This document shows, piece after piece, positions 35,355 to 45,473 of a stretch of DNA of 64,000 nucleotides. Source of the DNA: Schizochytrium sp. TIO01 (Eukaryota > Protista > Bigyra: Labyrinthulomycetes); the NCBI GenBank assembly GCA_004764695.1, contig SMSO01000035.1, positions 2,604,001 to 2,668,000 of the forward strand. Reading direction: 5' to 3'. The position numbers and the translations under genes were made by a program. The stretch's first letter is position 1, and the number at the start of each line of letters is the position of its first letter. Below the pieces are notes generated by a model. The model had not been told where the DNA came from, did no database searches, and saw only the letters and a program-made list of their open reading frames with translations.

Positions 35355-35707
35355 GATGCATGCGAAATACTCGTTACCCGATTTGCCATAGATGATCAGT
35401 TTGGTTCGATGTGAAACATATGTAGCTGATGTAACGTGTCTACTAACCCTCCGTTACATCAGAGACCATGAGGATCCCCAACATCGTACATTCGATAAGC
35501 TTGACCAAGCCTTTCGTGCTCTCGCGCAAAATTAAAAGAAAATATTAATATCTTACAATTATAGAAAGTACGCAAATATAGGTTAAAATTGGTCTATAGT
35601 AACCCAGTACCTTTTCATGTATGTGGGCGCGTGCATACGACAGTGTAATATAGAGAATACTAAAATTAAAAAAAGGTTAGCTTCGAAAATTCTATGATCG
35701 CGAAAGC

Positions 35708-36034
35708 GTGTCCAAAGACACCAGTAAATTGGTCAAGCAAACCATTAAAGAGATCTCGCGAGCCTTGCTGACTATGGACGACGCGACTAAGGGGGAGATA
35801 GCTTCGGCTTTCAGGGCCCTCCTCGATAAATCTCCTGAGAATATCACCTTCGAGGGCGGTTCTTATCAAGATTGCTTATATGCCTATCATGCCGACGAAA
35901 AGTTGTTGGCCCAACTAATGCCTCAGCATTGTCGCGCAATAAGCCAAACATTTATCGAGTATGTGGACCAAGCGCCGAATATGAGTCCCAGGGCTCAAAA
36001 AGAAACCCTGAAGAAAGCTCAATTTTTTAGATAG
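35708..36034 (+). CDS. Hypothetical helical protein or 5'-truncated fragment
   Basis: Coding-like ORF; the track start is GTG and the first in-frame ATG is near 35774. No family recognised. Confidence 0.4.
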   Translation: MSKDTSKLVKQTIKEISRALLTMDDATKGEIASAFRALLDKSPENITFEGGSYQDCLYAYHADEKLLAQLMPQHCRAISQTFIEYVDQAPNMSPRAQKETLKKAQFFR

Positions 36035-36818
36035 TTAGTTCGTTAAATTTTCAACTAATCAAACGATATTTGTTTTTGTTTTTTAAGTTTGTTTGTACGT
36101 AACTAAACACCTATTCGCAGTATCGCGAGGGTCAACATACACACGATGGTGGGCGGCCGTCGATGAAGCATCGAAGTTATCGTTGGAAAAAGTTGGTGTA
36201 GACCTTTTCGGCACAGGGACTGGAACCTACTTACCTAAATAAAATTTATTTTCTCCATTCTATATATGCATATACAACCTGTTTACCCATTTATATCCGT
36301 TGAATGTATTTAAACCAAAACATAATATAGTCTTTTTTTAAAAGCTTTCAATAACCAAAGGTAAGGATATAATCCTTATAATGTGTGTATGATATTATTG
36401 CATGCAAATAGACACAATTCATTTCATACAGCGATTTATCGATACAATATGCCGCAGTGTCCGTACATATAAGGCATTGAATAAAAGACAGGAGCAGAAG
36501 ATTAATTATCGCAGGTTTTATGTGATCTATGAATAAAACACATACCTTGTTTTAGAGGTTGCATGCAATTCATACTTCACTCTTAAACTCCATATAAGTA
36601 TCAAGAGACAGTAGCACACAACTTTAGCACGTGTGTACTCTACGTTATAAAAGGCTGTTCACCTCGCTCGTTGGCTGCAAGTGAAAGGTTCAACTTCGTA
36701 GCGAAATATAACCCCACCTGGACCTGTCCGGTTACTCCGAAACTGCTCAACGCCGGGGCGGGGCTTGCGGTTAGACAGTGAAGAAGCTTGAAGCTTAATC
36801 GCTTCAGATCGAATCGCG

Positions 36819-39800
36819 ATGTCGTCTGTTTCTGATGCTACGGAGGGTAAAGACACTTCAAATTTAGCAATGACACAGCAGCAGGGTACACAAAAAGAAC
36901 TAATACGAAGCGAAGAAAGCACGCATGACAGCGCCGTCGATGACGAGGAGCACGTTCAAGACGAAGATGAATATGAGGATAATGAGTTCATCGAAGAACT
37001 TGGGAAGAAAGTCATCAAGGGCATTGGGCGGAAAATGAAAGTTGGCAGTAAACGCCCGAAGACGAAGCGGAACTCTATACTTGTTGCTCGCGAGCTTGCT
37101 TGGAATCCATCTGTTGCGTTACCAGATAACACTCGCATTGATACTTTTGAAATGCGCGAATCCAGTCCATTTCTTCTCCACCAGGATGCCAAAAAGTCAT
37201 CGAAGACGAAGAAACGCCCAGGTAGTCGCGTTGGAAGTACTATCGTGATTTCGGAAAGCACAAAGTCATTGCCTGCAAAAACTGCTGCTCTGTACAATTT
37301 AACGCCAGAGCTACGCAAGCTTCAGGACGAAATTACGACACAAATCATTGAGCGAGAGGACCTAGTCGATAAAATCCGTGTTCTCATTCAAGAGCGCCCA
37401 ATCAGTACACAGATGCTACTCACGACTCTGGAAAAAATACGTGAGCTTACAGTAACAATTGTTAAGGGGATTTCTAAATGGCGTGAACTTAAAACAGGAT
37501 TTAACAATGTGTTTTTGTGGAAAGGTCAAAATTATCTTTTAAGCGTGGTTACAGATCTTAATTTTCTAGCTCGGGACACTGAGGTTGCCGAAGCTTTAAA
37601 TGTCACGGGCCAAAAGCTCGAAAATAATCCACTCATGGCTTCCAAATCGCTCACAGAAAAGGTATCATGTATAGACACCACAGAGGAGAAAGGTGGCAGA
37701 GAGTCAAGCAACATAGATACACCAGATCAAGATGAGGATAAGAATGATACACATGAGGTTGAACATATCTTACGCCGAGAGCTGATTGATGCAAGTTTAC
37801 AGTCAGAGGAGCGCCGCAGGCGAACACGCTCTCCTACAATGGGAATACACCAAGAACCAAGTTTCACGACTTCAGCCGATGTATTGGAACGCTGGAAGGC
37901 CTCTGCAGAGGACGAGGTACGAGCTTTAAAGTCAACATGGGGTTTAGTTGACAAACAAAAAAGAGGTACAAAGTCTACGCCCCATCTTGATAATCGCCAG
38001 CAAGCTTTTAAGCCCCGAGGAGGAAGCAGAAACAATCCAGTACACCTTGAAAGCAAGACTTCTTTCAATAACCTTCCAGATGCCAAAACCCAATTCTCTG
38101 TCCGAACATCATTCACTATTGATCCTACTAATATTTATCGGGCACGTGCAGTGACAGCTATTCCGAGCAAGCGATTGCAAACCTCCACGAAACACAGGCG
38201 ACGCCCTCGCAGTTCAGCGGCTGCACGGCTTGCACCTCTGAGTGCAGCTGGCCTAGCAGATGTTGTACAAGTACCATTGCCTTCATACTTTCTGAATGAA
38301 GGAAGCTTAGGACTACTTTCTATGCGATCCTCAGAGCTCGGCGCTCCATCTTTGAGACTTGATGTACACGAACTCGAGGATACTTTGCGAAAAGAAAATC
38401 CTTCTCAAGAAGCTCGTTTATGTTTCACTGCTGTTCTTATTCTCCTAGCACCAGGGAAATCAGTTCCAACAGATCTCAGCTGGGAGACTATTCACAACGC
38501 AATTGTCGAAGATGGTCCAGAACGTGGTGCGAGGAGACTTTTGGATGCCGCATGCAGGGTGACTTCAGGCTCCATCCCAAGGTTTAAGGTCCTCGCCCTG
38601 GCAGAATTTTTGAGCGATACTCGCTTCCAGCCAGACAACATCCTGCAGGCAAACAATGAATCCATTGCAGCACTTTGTGCTTGGATCATAAACGTGGTTA
38701 CAGGCTCACCAAAACACAGGCGTTGGATTGCCCAGAAGCTTAATTCTAAAATTAGAAAGTCTACAGAATTGGACAAAGATTCTGGAAGTTTTGGTGGAGA
38801 TGAGATGCTTCCCGAAAATGTTGACCAGCAGTCATCTCAACCCAAAGAAGAACCTTACATTGACCCATCATCAGTAACACTAGGAAATCATCTGATGATG
38901 AGCAATTATCAACGAGGAGATACAATTTATTCTTTACATTTTTTCAAGACTAAAACCCCTGCTCGAGGAGTCTTAGTCAAGTGCTATGAGCCAGCAAGTG
39001 GGCGCGAAGCAGCTGTCGTTATCACTGCTCGTCAATGGCGCACAATTACAGGTGAACGTAAACCATCTGATTGGCAGAGAACATGTCGAGCCATCAAAGC
39101 ACAACTAGAAATTCAAGAAGACTCCTCGGAGCTGAGTATTTGTATTCGCCTCGATTCAAATGAAGATACTGCACTCAGCTTACGGAAAGTGTATGGTACA
39201 GCGCGAACCTACGGCCCTCATAAATTCTCTATCTCGGTTCTGATCCGTGATGGAAATGAAGAAGAAGTTCTCCTTCGCGCAGCCGGGGCTCGCGGTGTGG
39301 AGGCTGGGTTGCGATTTGAGAAGTGGGTAGACCGCAAGGCAGTCTTGAGTATTCTGTACGAACATAAGCACATGGTCATGCAAGAACCCCTTTATTCTCC
39401 ATCTTTGGTTGAGCGACTGCTAAATCACCTTCGTATCTCTGACAAAGGAATGACTTTATCACGCGGAAAACCTCCCCCAAAACCAGAAATAAAAGACTAC
39501 CGAAGTGTACTCGAACAAGACCCGATGAGACTGTCAAAGGAGGACCTTGCTGATCTAGAGCGAAAACTCGAAGAGAAGGAGCAGGAGCTGGCGCCCAATA
39601 AAGTAGTATTCAAGGTCGTCCCTGCGAATTTTGTTCCTCGATGCGCCCTTGATCCACCAAAGCACTCGGTGGCAAAATACGAACCTCCACCTATGCCTGT
39701 CTCAAAGCCCCTAAAGTATAACCAATCAGCTCAAGCGCGCGTGCCTCTGTACAAAAGGCCTGATCCGCAAGTCTCAAAAGTTAATACTAAACTGACATCA

Positions 39801-40841
39801 AGCTCTCCAAAACATGTCTCCAAGCCTCTCAAATCAGTTTGTAAATCCACGCCCCCGATGACAAAACGTCCAGAGACTCAAGCAATGCCCCGCCCAGTTG
39901 CGAACTTTACGAAACCTGCGAATCCGAATAATTCTGACCCTTCTCAAAATCCTGATCATCAAGTTGAACTAGAAGCTCCTCGCCCAAGAACTGCTGAACC
40001 TGGAGAATTCGATCGCCGTCCCACTCCAAAAGAACTTCAGGAGGATTCCTCAAGCACTTCAGGAAGCTATGAAGATGATGAGGATGAAGATTATGATGAC
40101 GAGTTTCAGGATGCAAGTCCAGTACCATCATCCCCTGTAAAGCTAGCAAGTGCGATATCTCAAAATGCACCACAATCTGAAGCAAGCATGGAAAACGAAA
40201 ACTCAGACAGCTCAGATAGTTTCCAGGAGGAAGAACAAAAGGATCATCCCAAGGTGGAGCTTTCAAATCAGCATGGGTCATCGAGCGATGAAGGCGTAGG
40301 CAACGCCAACGACAAGTATGATGATGACGATCCTTTTTCTGATGACGATGAGGAGGACTTTTCTGATGATCATGGATCTGAGAAATCGTCGGTTATTAGG
40401 GACCAAATGCAGAGCTCTTCTGAACCTGTTAAGCATGAATTTCAGGAAGAAGTTGTGGGAATTAAATCATCCACCGGAACAGAGGTAGAGAAAAAGCCCA
40501 GTGTTGATCTTGACAAGCCTCAAATAAAGGAGCAACGTGAATTAGTGGATGACGAAGAGTCCAGCAGCGGCTACTCAGATGATGAGAGCGACTCATTTGA
40601 AGATGACGACATTCAAGCGAAGGCTTCAAGTCCAGCAAACGATAATGACCAGTCAAATGTGGCTGGGTTTGAACAAGAATCTGCAGAATTTGATAATCAG
40701 AGCTCGAAAGATGTTCCCAAGGTCATCACCAAAGACAATGCCCCTGCAATCGCTTCGCTTGAGCTTTCTGATGACGACAGTGACGAGGAAACCGATTCAG
40801 AGGACGAGGACTACGATGATGACTTCCAATCCCCTAAATAA
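36819..40841 (+). CDS. 1340-aa protein with a dynein-stalk microtubule-binding-like domain and an acidic disordered tail
   Basis: Segment 38358-38700 (NPSQEARLCFTAVLILLA..VPTDLSW..FQPDNI..IAALCAWIINV) follows the axonemal dynein MTBD pattern; no AAA ring; Pro-rich, then D/E/S-rich C-terminus. Confidence 0.8.
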   Translation: MSSVSDATEGKDTSNLAMTQQQGTQKELIRSEESTHDSAVDDEEHVQDEDEYEDNEFIEELGKKVIKGIGRKMKVGSKRPKTKRNSILVARELAWNPSVALPDNTRIDTFEMRESSPFLLHQDAKKSSKTKKRPGSRVGSTIVISESTKSLPAKTAALYNLTPELRKLQDEITTQIIEREDLVDKIRVLIQERPISTQMLLTTLEKIRELTVTIVKGISKWRELKTGFNNVFLWKGQNYLLSVVTDLNFLARDTEVAEALNVTGQKLENNPLMASKSLTEKVSCIDTTEEKGGRESSNIDTPDQDEDKNDTHEVEHILRRELIDASLQSEERRRRTRSPTMGIHQEPSFTTSADVLERWKASAEDEVRALKSTWGLVDKQKRGTKSTPHLDNRQQAFKPRGGSRNNPVHLESKTSFNNLPDAKTQFSVRTSFTIDPTNIYRARAVTAIPSKRLQTSTKHRRRPRSSAAARLAPLSAAGLADVVQVPLPSYFLNEGSLGLLSMRSSELGAPSLRLDVHELEDTLRKENPSQEARLCFTAVLILLAPGKSVPTDLSWETIHNAIVEDGPERGARRLLDAACRVTSGSIPRFKVLALAEFLSDTRFQPDNILQANNESIAALCAWIINVVTGSPKHRRWIAQKLNSKIRKSTELDKDSGSFGGDEMLPENVDQQSSQPKEEPYIDPSSVTLGNHLMMSNYQRGDTIYSLHFFKTKTPARGVLVKCYEPASGREAAVVITARQWRTITGERKPSDWQRTCRAIKAQLEIQEDSSELSICIRLDSNEDTALSLRKVYGTARTYGPHKFSISVLIRDGNEEEVLLRAAGARGVEAGLRFEKWVDRKAVLSILYEHKHMVMQEPLYSPSLVERLLNHLRISDKGMTLSRGKPPPKPEIKDYRSVLEQDPMRLSKEDLADLERKLEEKEQELAPNKVVFKVVPANFVPRCALDPPKHSVAKYEPPPMPVSKPLKYNQSAQARVPLYKRPDPQVSKVNTKLTSSSPKHVSKPLKSVCKSTPPMTKRPETQAMPRPVANFTKPANPNNSDPSQNPDHQVELEAPRPRTAEPGEFDRRPTPKELQEDSSSTSGSYEDDEDEDYDDEFQDASPVPSSPVKLASAISQNAPQSEASMENENSDSSDSFQEEEQKDHPKVELSNQHGSSSDEGVGNANDKYDDDDPFSDDDEEDFSDDHGSEKSSVIRDQMQSSSEPVKHEFQEEVVGIKSSTGTEVEKKPSVDLDKPQIKEQRELVDDEESSSGYSDDESDSFEDDDIQAKASSPANDNDQSNVAGFEQESAEFDNQSSKDVPKVITKDNAPAIASLELSDDDSDEETDSEDEDYDDDFQSPK

Positions 40842-41046
40842 GCTTAAACCCAACTCCAGATCCAAATGACTATTTCAAAGTATCGAAGTTATTGGATTTC
40901 CAAACAACTCAATACAAGTGAAATCTTTCATATCGTTCGATAACATGGCAGAGTAAAATATTATCCTGCGTTTCTCTAGAGACGTTTTCCTAAACTTTCT
41001 AAAACGTTTTATTTGTCAGTGCTTTAGTGAATCACTCCTTCTTTTC

Positions 41047-41171
41047 ATAGACCTCTTAGTATTTTAGTATGAAAAAATTGATTGCCCTATTGATTGACTT
41101 CTAAAAATAATAGGCCTGAAAATAGACCTCTTAGTATTTTAGTATGAAAAAATGATTGCCCTATTGATTGA
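41047..41171. repeat. ~51-bp direct repeat with a 24-bp spacer
   Basis: ATAGACCTCTTAGTATTTTAGTATGAAAAAAT(T)GATTGCCCTATTGATTGA at 41047-41097 and 41122-41171. Confidence 0.9.
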
Positions 41172-41678
41172 TGGAAAGTTCCTTCTTTCCGATCATGTGT
41201 ATCAAAGATGGGCATGAACGAAGAAAGCAATTGTGCCGAATCAAGGTTATCCCTACGACTAGGAGGTGCGAATACTGTGTCATTTACTGCGATCAGAACG
41301 TCCATAAGCTCAAGTATTTCTAGAGCGCAATATTTATCTTTAGGCCTATTGGCGAGGTCCCGAAGCTCTTACGAAAGTCGGGCTTTGGACTGAAGGAGCG
41401 TGTCGGACTGCTCATTCGAAGATATTTGGTTTGCTAATGCAAGCACACAATATGGAGTAATTAAAATTTTTAGCTCTCGTGATGTAATAAGCCAAGCTTG
41501 CTTGCTTGTTTGCTTGCAGACAATCTCAGTCCTGCCTTGAATGCAAGGCCTTGTACCTGATTGTACCTTCTGTCACTACGCACGGCGTGCATGACATTTT
41601 ATGACTCTTCAACTTGAGGTTCGATGGAGAGGTCTGGCACTTCTAAAGCGTCGTCAAATTCATTCTTCAGAACTTAAG

Positions 41679-41746
41679 GTATGTTAGGTAGGTAGAAGGT
41701 AGGTGCCTATTTTATTACTGTCTTTCTTATACTTTGCCCTTTGCAG
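41679..41746 (+). other. Probable short 5' UTR intron of the carboxylase gene
   Basis: AAG|GTATGT donor, pyrimidine tract and TTTGCAG acceptor, about 150 nt upstream of the ATG. Confidence 0.45.
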
Positions 41747-41896
41747 CCAGGATCGAAAGGGCCCTGACGCAAAAGTTATGTTTTGACACAACTTGAAGTA
41801 TAGCAGAACCAGAACGCAACCACGAGCTGGGGGCAAGCGGAGTTCTTTATTGTGTCACAAACTTAAGAGCTATTTAGGTCACTTGAGCTAGGCAAT

Positions 41897-44800
41897 ATGC
41901 AGCAGAGTGGTCCACATCGTGTGAGCAAAGTGCTCGTGGCAAACCGAGGCGAAATAGCACTACGACTCGTGAGAGCGGCCTCAGAACTAGACCTGGAGAC
42001 CGTGGCAATTCGTACCGAAGATGATCGCAGTGGTATGCACACAATGCTTGCCTCGCAAATTGTAGAAGTCCCCGGCAGAGGTCCGGCAGCATACCTAAAT
42101 GTAGCTGAGATTGTCAAAGCTGCTGTGAAATCTGGATGCGATGCAGTAGTTCCAGGCTACGGTCTATTGGCAGAATCCGCAGAACTCTCGAAAGCTGTCG
42201 AAAATGCAGGCCTGGTTTTCGTGGGTCCAAGCGCAGAAACCCTTAAACTGTTTGGAGACAAGATTGCAAGTCGAACACTCGCGGAAAAGCAAAAAGTCCC
42301 CGTAATCCCTGGCATAGCCTTGGATCAGGGAGTTGAGCAGTTGCACAAGTTTTTCGGGGACCATGGTGGAAGGCCAGTTATGGTGAAAGCTCGAGGCGGA
42401 GGCGGAGGCAAAGGGATGCGGCTGGTGAGAGATGCAAGTCAACTCGATGAATCATATGAGCGCTGTAAATCTGAAGCCCTTGCATTTTTTGGCAATGATG
42501 AACTCTTCGCCGAGGTTTTCGTTGAAAAGGCAAAACATGTTGAGGTTCAAGCTGTAGCAGATACTCAGGGAGATGTTATGATACTGGGCTCTAGGGACTG
42601 CAGTGTTCAGCGTCAGCAGCAGAAACTTATTGAATTGAGCCCTTGTGTGAGCTTAGACCTGCGCGTGGCGGAACGCTTGGATGCGTGTGCAAAATCACTT
42701 GCAAAAGCAGCTTCACTCAGGGGTCTAGCGACATTTGAGTTCCTGGTAGAGAACAATGGCAGCTTTTATTTTTTGGAATGCAATCCACGCCTTCAGGTGG
42801 AGCACACAGTCACTGAAGAAGTATACGGAGTTGATCTAGTCCAAACTCAGCTTTGTCTTTCGACTGGACTTTCTGTTGCAGAGGCACTATGTGGACCCCG
42901 GGCTAGTCACCCCGAGCCCATTGGGGTCTCAATCGAATTGCGTATTAATACTGAAGTTATGAGTGATCAAGGGGAAGCCAGACCTTCCCTTGGTACAGTT
43001 AGCCATTTGGTGTTCCCTCGAGGCAGAGGTGTCAGAGTAGACTCCGCTGCACATGTGGGATACCGCCCCCACCAAGCTTTCGATTCTTTATTTGCTAAAC
43101 TCATTGTACACGGGAAAGACTTCCATGAAGCCGTTCGTCGAGCCCGTGGGGCGCTTGAAGGTTTCATTGTCCAAGGACTGTCTACGAACCGTGATTTTCT
43201 ACTTGCTGTTCTTGAGCATTCCTCTTTCGCGGACAATTCGTCAATAGACACACGATTTGTCGAGAGAGAAATTCTAAATCTTATTGCTGCTGCGAAATCT
43301 GTTGCTTTAGAAGACAAACTTGCACCATTGGTGGCCTCTACCTCTACAAATGTAACTGGGCCTAAAACTCCTCACTTGGATCTGGGTCCGGGAGTGGTTG
43401 TCTCGCCTATCAACGGAGAAGTGATTCAGCTCCAAGTTAAGGAAGGAGACCTTGTAGGCGAAGGATCTCGACTTGCTCTTCTAAACGCCTTCAAAATGGA
43501 GCATCAAGTTCTTGCACATAAAGAGGGTGTGGTAAAACGTATTTTGGTCAAGCCTGGTGATGTTGTGTATGAGAATGACTCTCTCATTGAGATTGAAATG
43601 CCAGAAGATGCTGCTCTCCAAGATGCCCTGAGTAAAGGTGTCGCTGTTGGCCGCAGCTCTAGCATTGATCTTGATACCTATACTCGAGCAGATCTCGAAG
43701 CACTTTGGGAGAGAGTAAGCTTTTTACAAGATGATTTTCGCATGGATAAAATCAAGCAACGCCGTCACAATCTTGGACGCCGGAGCGCTCGCGCAAATCT
43801 CGAGGCCATTGTTGATCCAGGCACATACGTTGAGCTTGGTCGTTTTGCCATCGCGCACCAGCTTGACCGGCGGAGTTTGGATGACTTGGTCCAGACAACT
43901 CAAGGTGATGGCTTTATCTGTGGCATTGGTAGAGTAAATGGGGACCTCTTTCCAGATTCCAAGGAAGAGTTTCGAACTCAGTGCTCTGTGTGCTCATACG
44001 ATTACCTTGTATTAGCTGGAACTCAAGGAACACGAGGACACCTTAAGAAAGATCGGATCTTTGAACTGACTTCGCGCTGGAATTTGCCCATGATCTTACT
44101 CACAGAAGGAGGTGGGGGGCGGCCCAGTGACTTTGCAGATCCTGGCAGCAACACGGCAGGTCTAAATATTCCAGCTTTCCGTTTGTTGCCGAATTGTAAT
44201 AATGTCAAGATTGGCATTGCTTCTGGCTTTAACTTTGCCGGAAACACGGCACTTCTTGGCATGTGTGATATTATCATTGCAACCGAGGATGCTAATATTG
44301 CTATGGGCGGGCCAGTCATGGTAGAATTTGCTGGCCAAGGCAAGAAGGTGGCCCCAACAGAGCTTGGGCCAGCACCTGAGCACTTTGCCAATGGTGTGGT
44401 CCACTTGATAGCAAAGAACGAAGCGGAGGCAACTGAATTAGCCAAACAGTGCCTGTCCTATTTCCAGGGTCGAACATCAAATTGGGAATGTACTGACCAG
44501 CGTGTGCTACGAACTCTTGTTCCAGAGAACCGCAAACGTGCCTACGATGTTCGCACAGTTGTCCGAGCAGTTGCAGATACAGAAAGCGTTATGGAGTGGT
44601 GCGCTGGATTTGGACAAGGCACGGTCACATCTTTTGCTCGTGTTGAAGGCTGGCCTGTTGGCATTGTTGCAAATCAACCGCTGCATCTGGGTGGTGCTCT
44701 TGATAGCGATTCTTGCTCAAAAACAGCAGATTTTCTCCTTCTTTGCGAAAAATTCAGGCTCCCTGTTGTAAACCTTATTGATACCCCTGGCTTCATTGTA

Positions 44801-45232
44801 GGTCAAGAATTCGAACGTACGGGCTTAGTAAAGTATACGGCACGCCTTTTTAAAGTAGCATCCACAATGACAATGCCGTACCTTTCTGTTGTATTGCGGA
44901 AGTCTTATGGTCTCGGAGCGATGGCAATGGCAGGGGGTGGTTTGCAACAACATAACATGTTCGCAGTAGCATGGCCCACGGGTGAATTTGGCGGGATGGG
45001 CTTGGAAGGCGCTGTGTCGTTGACATATGGCAAACGTCTTGCCGAAATAAAGGATGAAAAGGAGCGCCTCAAAAAGTTTGAAACTCTAGTGCAGCGTGCT
45101 CATGACCGAGGCAGTGCTCAAGTCCTTGCCAACGATTTTGCTATGGACGATATTATCGATCCAAAAGACACTCGATTCTGGATTCGACGTTGTATTGAGA
45201 TTTCTAAATATACGATGTCATCTAAATTATAA
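41897..45232 (+). CDS. Single-chain biotin-dependent acyl-CoA carboxylase (BC-BCCP-CT, LCC-like) with C-terminal PTS1
   Basis: BC: KVLVANRGEIA, GGGGKGMR, RDCSVQR, ECNPRLQVEHTVTE. BCCP: NAFKMEH. CT: DYLVLAGTQG, EGGGGRP, DTPGF..G, LRKSYGLG, WPTGEFGGMGLEGAV. Ends in SKL. Confidence 0.93.
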   Translation: MQQSGPHRVSKVLVANRGEIALRLVRAASELDLETVAIRTEDDRSGMHTMLASQIVEVPGRGPAAYLNVAEIVKAAVKSGCDAVVPGYGLLAESAELSKAVENAGLVFVGPSAETLKLFGDKIASRTLAEKQKVPVIPGIALDQGVEQLHKFFGDHGGRPVMVKARGGGGGKGMRLVRDASQLDESYERCKSEALAFFGNDELFAEVFVEKAKHVEVQAVADTQGDVMILGSRDCSVQRQQQKLIELSPCVSLDLRVAERLDACAKSLAKAASLRGLATFEFLVENNGSFYFLECNPRLQVEHTVTEEVYGVDLVQTQLCLSTGLSVAEALCGPRASHPEPIGVSIELRINTEVMSDQGEARPSLGTVSHLVFPRGRGVRVDSAAHVGYRPHQAFDSLFAKLIVHGKDFHEAVRRARGALEGFIVQGLSTNRDFLLAVLEHSSFADNSSIDTRFVEREILNLIAAAKSVALEDKLAPLVASTSTNVTGPKTPHLDLGPGVVVSPINGEVIQLQVKEGDLVGEGSRLALLNAFKMEHQVLAHKEGVVKRILVKPGDVVYENDSLIEIEMPEDAALQDALSKGVAVGRSSSIDLDTYTRADLEALWERVSFLQDDFRMDKIKQRRHNLGRRSARANLEAIVDPGTYVELGRFAIAHQLDRRSLDDLVQTTQGDGFICGIGRVNGDLFPDSKEEFRTQCSVCSYDYLVLAGTQGTRGHLKKDRIFELTSRWNLPMILLTEGGGGRPSDFADPGSNTAGLNIPAFRLLPNCNNVKIGIASGFNFAGNTALLGMCDIIIATEDANIAMGGPVMVEFAGQGKKVAPTELGPAPEHFANGVVHLIAKNEAEATELAKQCLSYFQGRTSNWECTDQRVLRTLVPENRKRAYDVRTVVRAVADTESVMEWCAGFGQGTVTSFARVEGWPVGIVANQPLHLGGALDSDSCSKTADFLLLCEKFRLPVVNLIDTPGFIVGQEFERTGLVKYTARLFKVASTMTMPYLSVVLRKSYGLGAMAMAGGGLQQHNMFAVAWPTGEFGGMGLEGAVSLTYGKRLAEIKDEKERLKKFETLVQRAHDRGSAQVLANDFAMDDIIDPKDTRFWIRRCIEISKYTMSSKL

Positions 45233-45473
45233 TTATACTACGACTAGATTGAATTTCAATTTTCTCGTTCAAACTTTTTAAACCCACAGCTTTGTCAATC
45301 GCATGAAAACATGTTTGTATTTGTTTGAAAAACTTTGGTTTTAACATCATTTTGCCTTTTGTAAGCTTCAGATGATGGCGATATCTTTTTTAAAATTAAG
45401 AATGCGTGAGATCTCACATTGCAAACCCTACCAAGATATGCACTTTTTCTTTTTTCAAAATCTCGTTTCTGCT

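Larger units (their letters stand above)
31000..36230. mobile_element. Foreign-looking island, possible endogenous viral or transposon relic
   Basis: Very AT-rich poly-A/T spacers, intronless orphan ORFs mostly on +, several broken ORFs and fragments, a nuclease-kinase gene and a terminase-like fragment. No clear TIR or TSD; boundaries approximate. Confidence 0.5.

Noticed and set aside
31140-36230. Terminal inverted or direct repeats delimiting the island
   Set aside because: Only 8-9-nt matches (AAGTTGGTG, GCGAGGGT) are shared by the ends, which chance can explain.
41047-41171. Repeat-spacer-repeat as a CRISPR array
   Set aside because: Only two long AT-rich copies, eukaryotic context, and no cas genes.
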